From Botryllus schlosseri (Eukaryota): DNA of 64,000 nucleotides. Below are positions 62,599-64,000 of the stretch, piece after piece (position 1 is the stretch's first letter; each line of letters begins with the position of its first letter). The notes under the pieces are model-generated. The model made no database searches, had not been told where the DNA came from, and saw only the letters and a program-made list of their open reading frames with translations. The stretch is from the NCBI GenBank assembly GCA_051294905.1, contig CM119383.1, forward strand, positions 10,168,001 through 10,232,000. The letters are read 5' to 3'. Made by a program: the position numbers and the translations under genes.

Positions 62599-62736
62599 CA
62601 GGATTTCTCAAACTTTTTTCAGATGAGTACCCCCCGTAAAAGAATGGGAATCCAAAGTCAATGTATCACAGTGTCAGAATAATGAAGTTGCGCACCCCCG
62701 TACCTTCTCTTGCGTACCCCAGTTTGAGAACCCCTG
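62599..62736. mobile_element. Short hAT-like MITE (CAGG(A/G)xTTCTCAAAC termini)
   Basis: CAGGATTTCTCAAAC … GTTTGAGAACCCCTG, inside a GATTAC/GTAATC-repeat element at about 62440-62960; no TSD seen. Confidence 0.6.
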
Positions 62737-64000
62737 GTCTATATGATGTATCACACGATTCCCAGTTCAGTCTATTTCATCCTCAATAGTCTTTATAAAA
62801 CTAAAAAGGTTGAGCAATCGTCCATTTACAAATTATATATGCAAAACAATCAATTGCGATTACATTGCATTTTTTTCAAATGTAATCATTGCGATTACTT
62901 TACAATCAAGTAATCGTCTTGACTACGAATTACGATTATAAATCGCGACCACTTGTCTTACTGTAACTCACATTTTTCCATGACCGCGCGTGCTACGGTT
63001 TCAAACCCGAATTAACCAGACGAAGAGGTAAATCTGTAACCGCAAAATTACGCGGTGACTCCATTTCATCTGCGTCAATTAGCGCGCCCCACACGCGTAT
63101 TGTTCTTGCGTTCCCCCTGATCGAGACCAAAGCCGCTGCGGACCCGCGCGTTGGTAATTCCGCCATAATTACCGGTAAAACCGTTCCCCCGCGATCATTT
63201 GTACGCATTAATTTCGGGAGTGCGGTTTCCCAAAACAGACAAGTTACGCAAACAGTCGGCTCACTCGCGAATCATAGCGATGGGAACTTTCGCACGCAAA
63301 CCGGTGGGACTGAACCCGGTTACACCGCAGACTTTCGCGGTGGGTAGGTATCTAATAGCGGTGGGTGATACTTGTATCTTAAACACGGTGTCAAGCGGAA
63401 TTTAGCACCGTAATCGCAACAGGTGTTGAAGTATTGTAAATGGCTTTACTGCAGACAGATGATTTGTAGGAAAACCAAAAGCGATTCGTGTACCAATTGT
63501 GCGACTTATGGAGTAGATAAATGAATGGTTTGATGACTGTGCAGCAGATAATAAAATTAATTATATCTGTTAGGACATGCGGGATTAGCTAATAACGCGA
63601 TACAGAGACATTGTTAATTCGAAACAGGATACTGTAGCTAGGTCGGTGATTAACATGATATCGACATTGTCAACACTATTTTGTAACAAAATTATGATGT
63701 ATAAGTGTGTTTATTGCTTTGAAATGCGATGAACAATAAGTATGAGTACTCTGGCCACAAGACTGCTCAAGTGCTCAAGCATCGCGAGTATAATAGAAGT
63801 GCTAGTCGAGTATACTCATCAGTTTAATAAAAAAAGTACTTCGTTAACGACAATCTATGGTAAATTATTATCGTGAAATCAATGCAAGACAACAACAAAT
63901 CGTTAGCACGGTGACGTAAAACTGTAATACTGAAAGTATAATTGGGTGTACCCAGTTTCACGATGTACGAGCTGTAATCCAGAGACATTAGCGCGCATTT

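Noticed and set aside
62967-63345. About 126-codon open frame on + and a 71-aa antisense ORF
   Set aside because: GC-rich, no ATG in the long frame, no domain; no upstream C2-gene exon could be fitted here.

Overview
This is eukaryotic (invertebrate animal) genomic DNA, not prokaryotic; the species cannot be determined from the sequence. The short 59-69 nt introns and CpG-rich non-coding blocks would fit a tunicate-like genome, but that is only inference. Genes assembled by hand, left to right: the 5' three coding exons of a LUC7L3-type splicing factor (-, running off the window start); an intronless TRIP13/PCH2 AAA+ ATPase (+, head-to-head with LUC7); a complete 5-exon GATA1/2/3-class transcription factor (-, 8758-25034, about 621 aa, two zinc fingers); a small RIIa (PKA dimerisation/docking) domain gene (+, 39787-41205); and at least four exons of a C2-domain gene (-, 60319-62045). 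The rest is intronic or intergenic and dense in repeats: several hAT-type MITE families with 8-bp TSDs, six copies of a tRNA-derived SINE, a decayed LINE RT, and a 2.8-kb foldback element with tandem-repeat arms and a 9-bp TSD. The best second-look items are an 8-site GATA cluster in the GATA gene's own inter-finger intron, a TATA-driven in-frame alternative GATA N-terminus, an extended miR-281-complementary site in the GATA 3' UTR, a possible cAMP-domain-less PKA-regulatory-like protein, a spliced 47-aa micro-ORF between LUC7 and TRIP13, an orphan 251-aa ORF, a 34-bp TIR-only hAT element, and U1-mimic motifs in a LUC7 intron. No single multi-component novel system is demonstrable from sequence alone.
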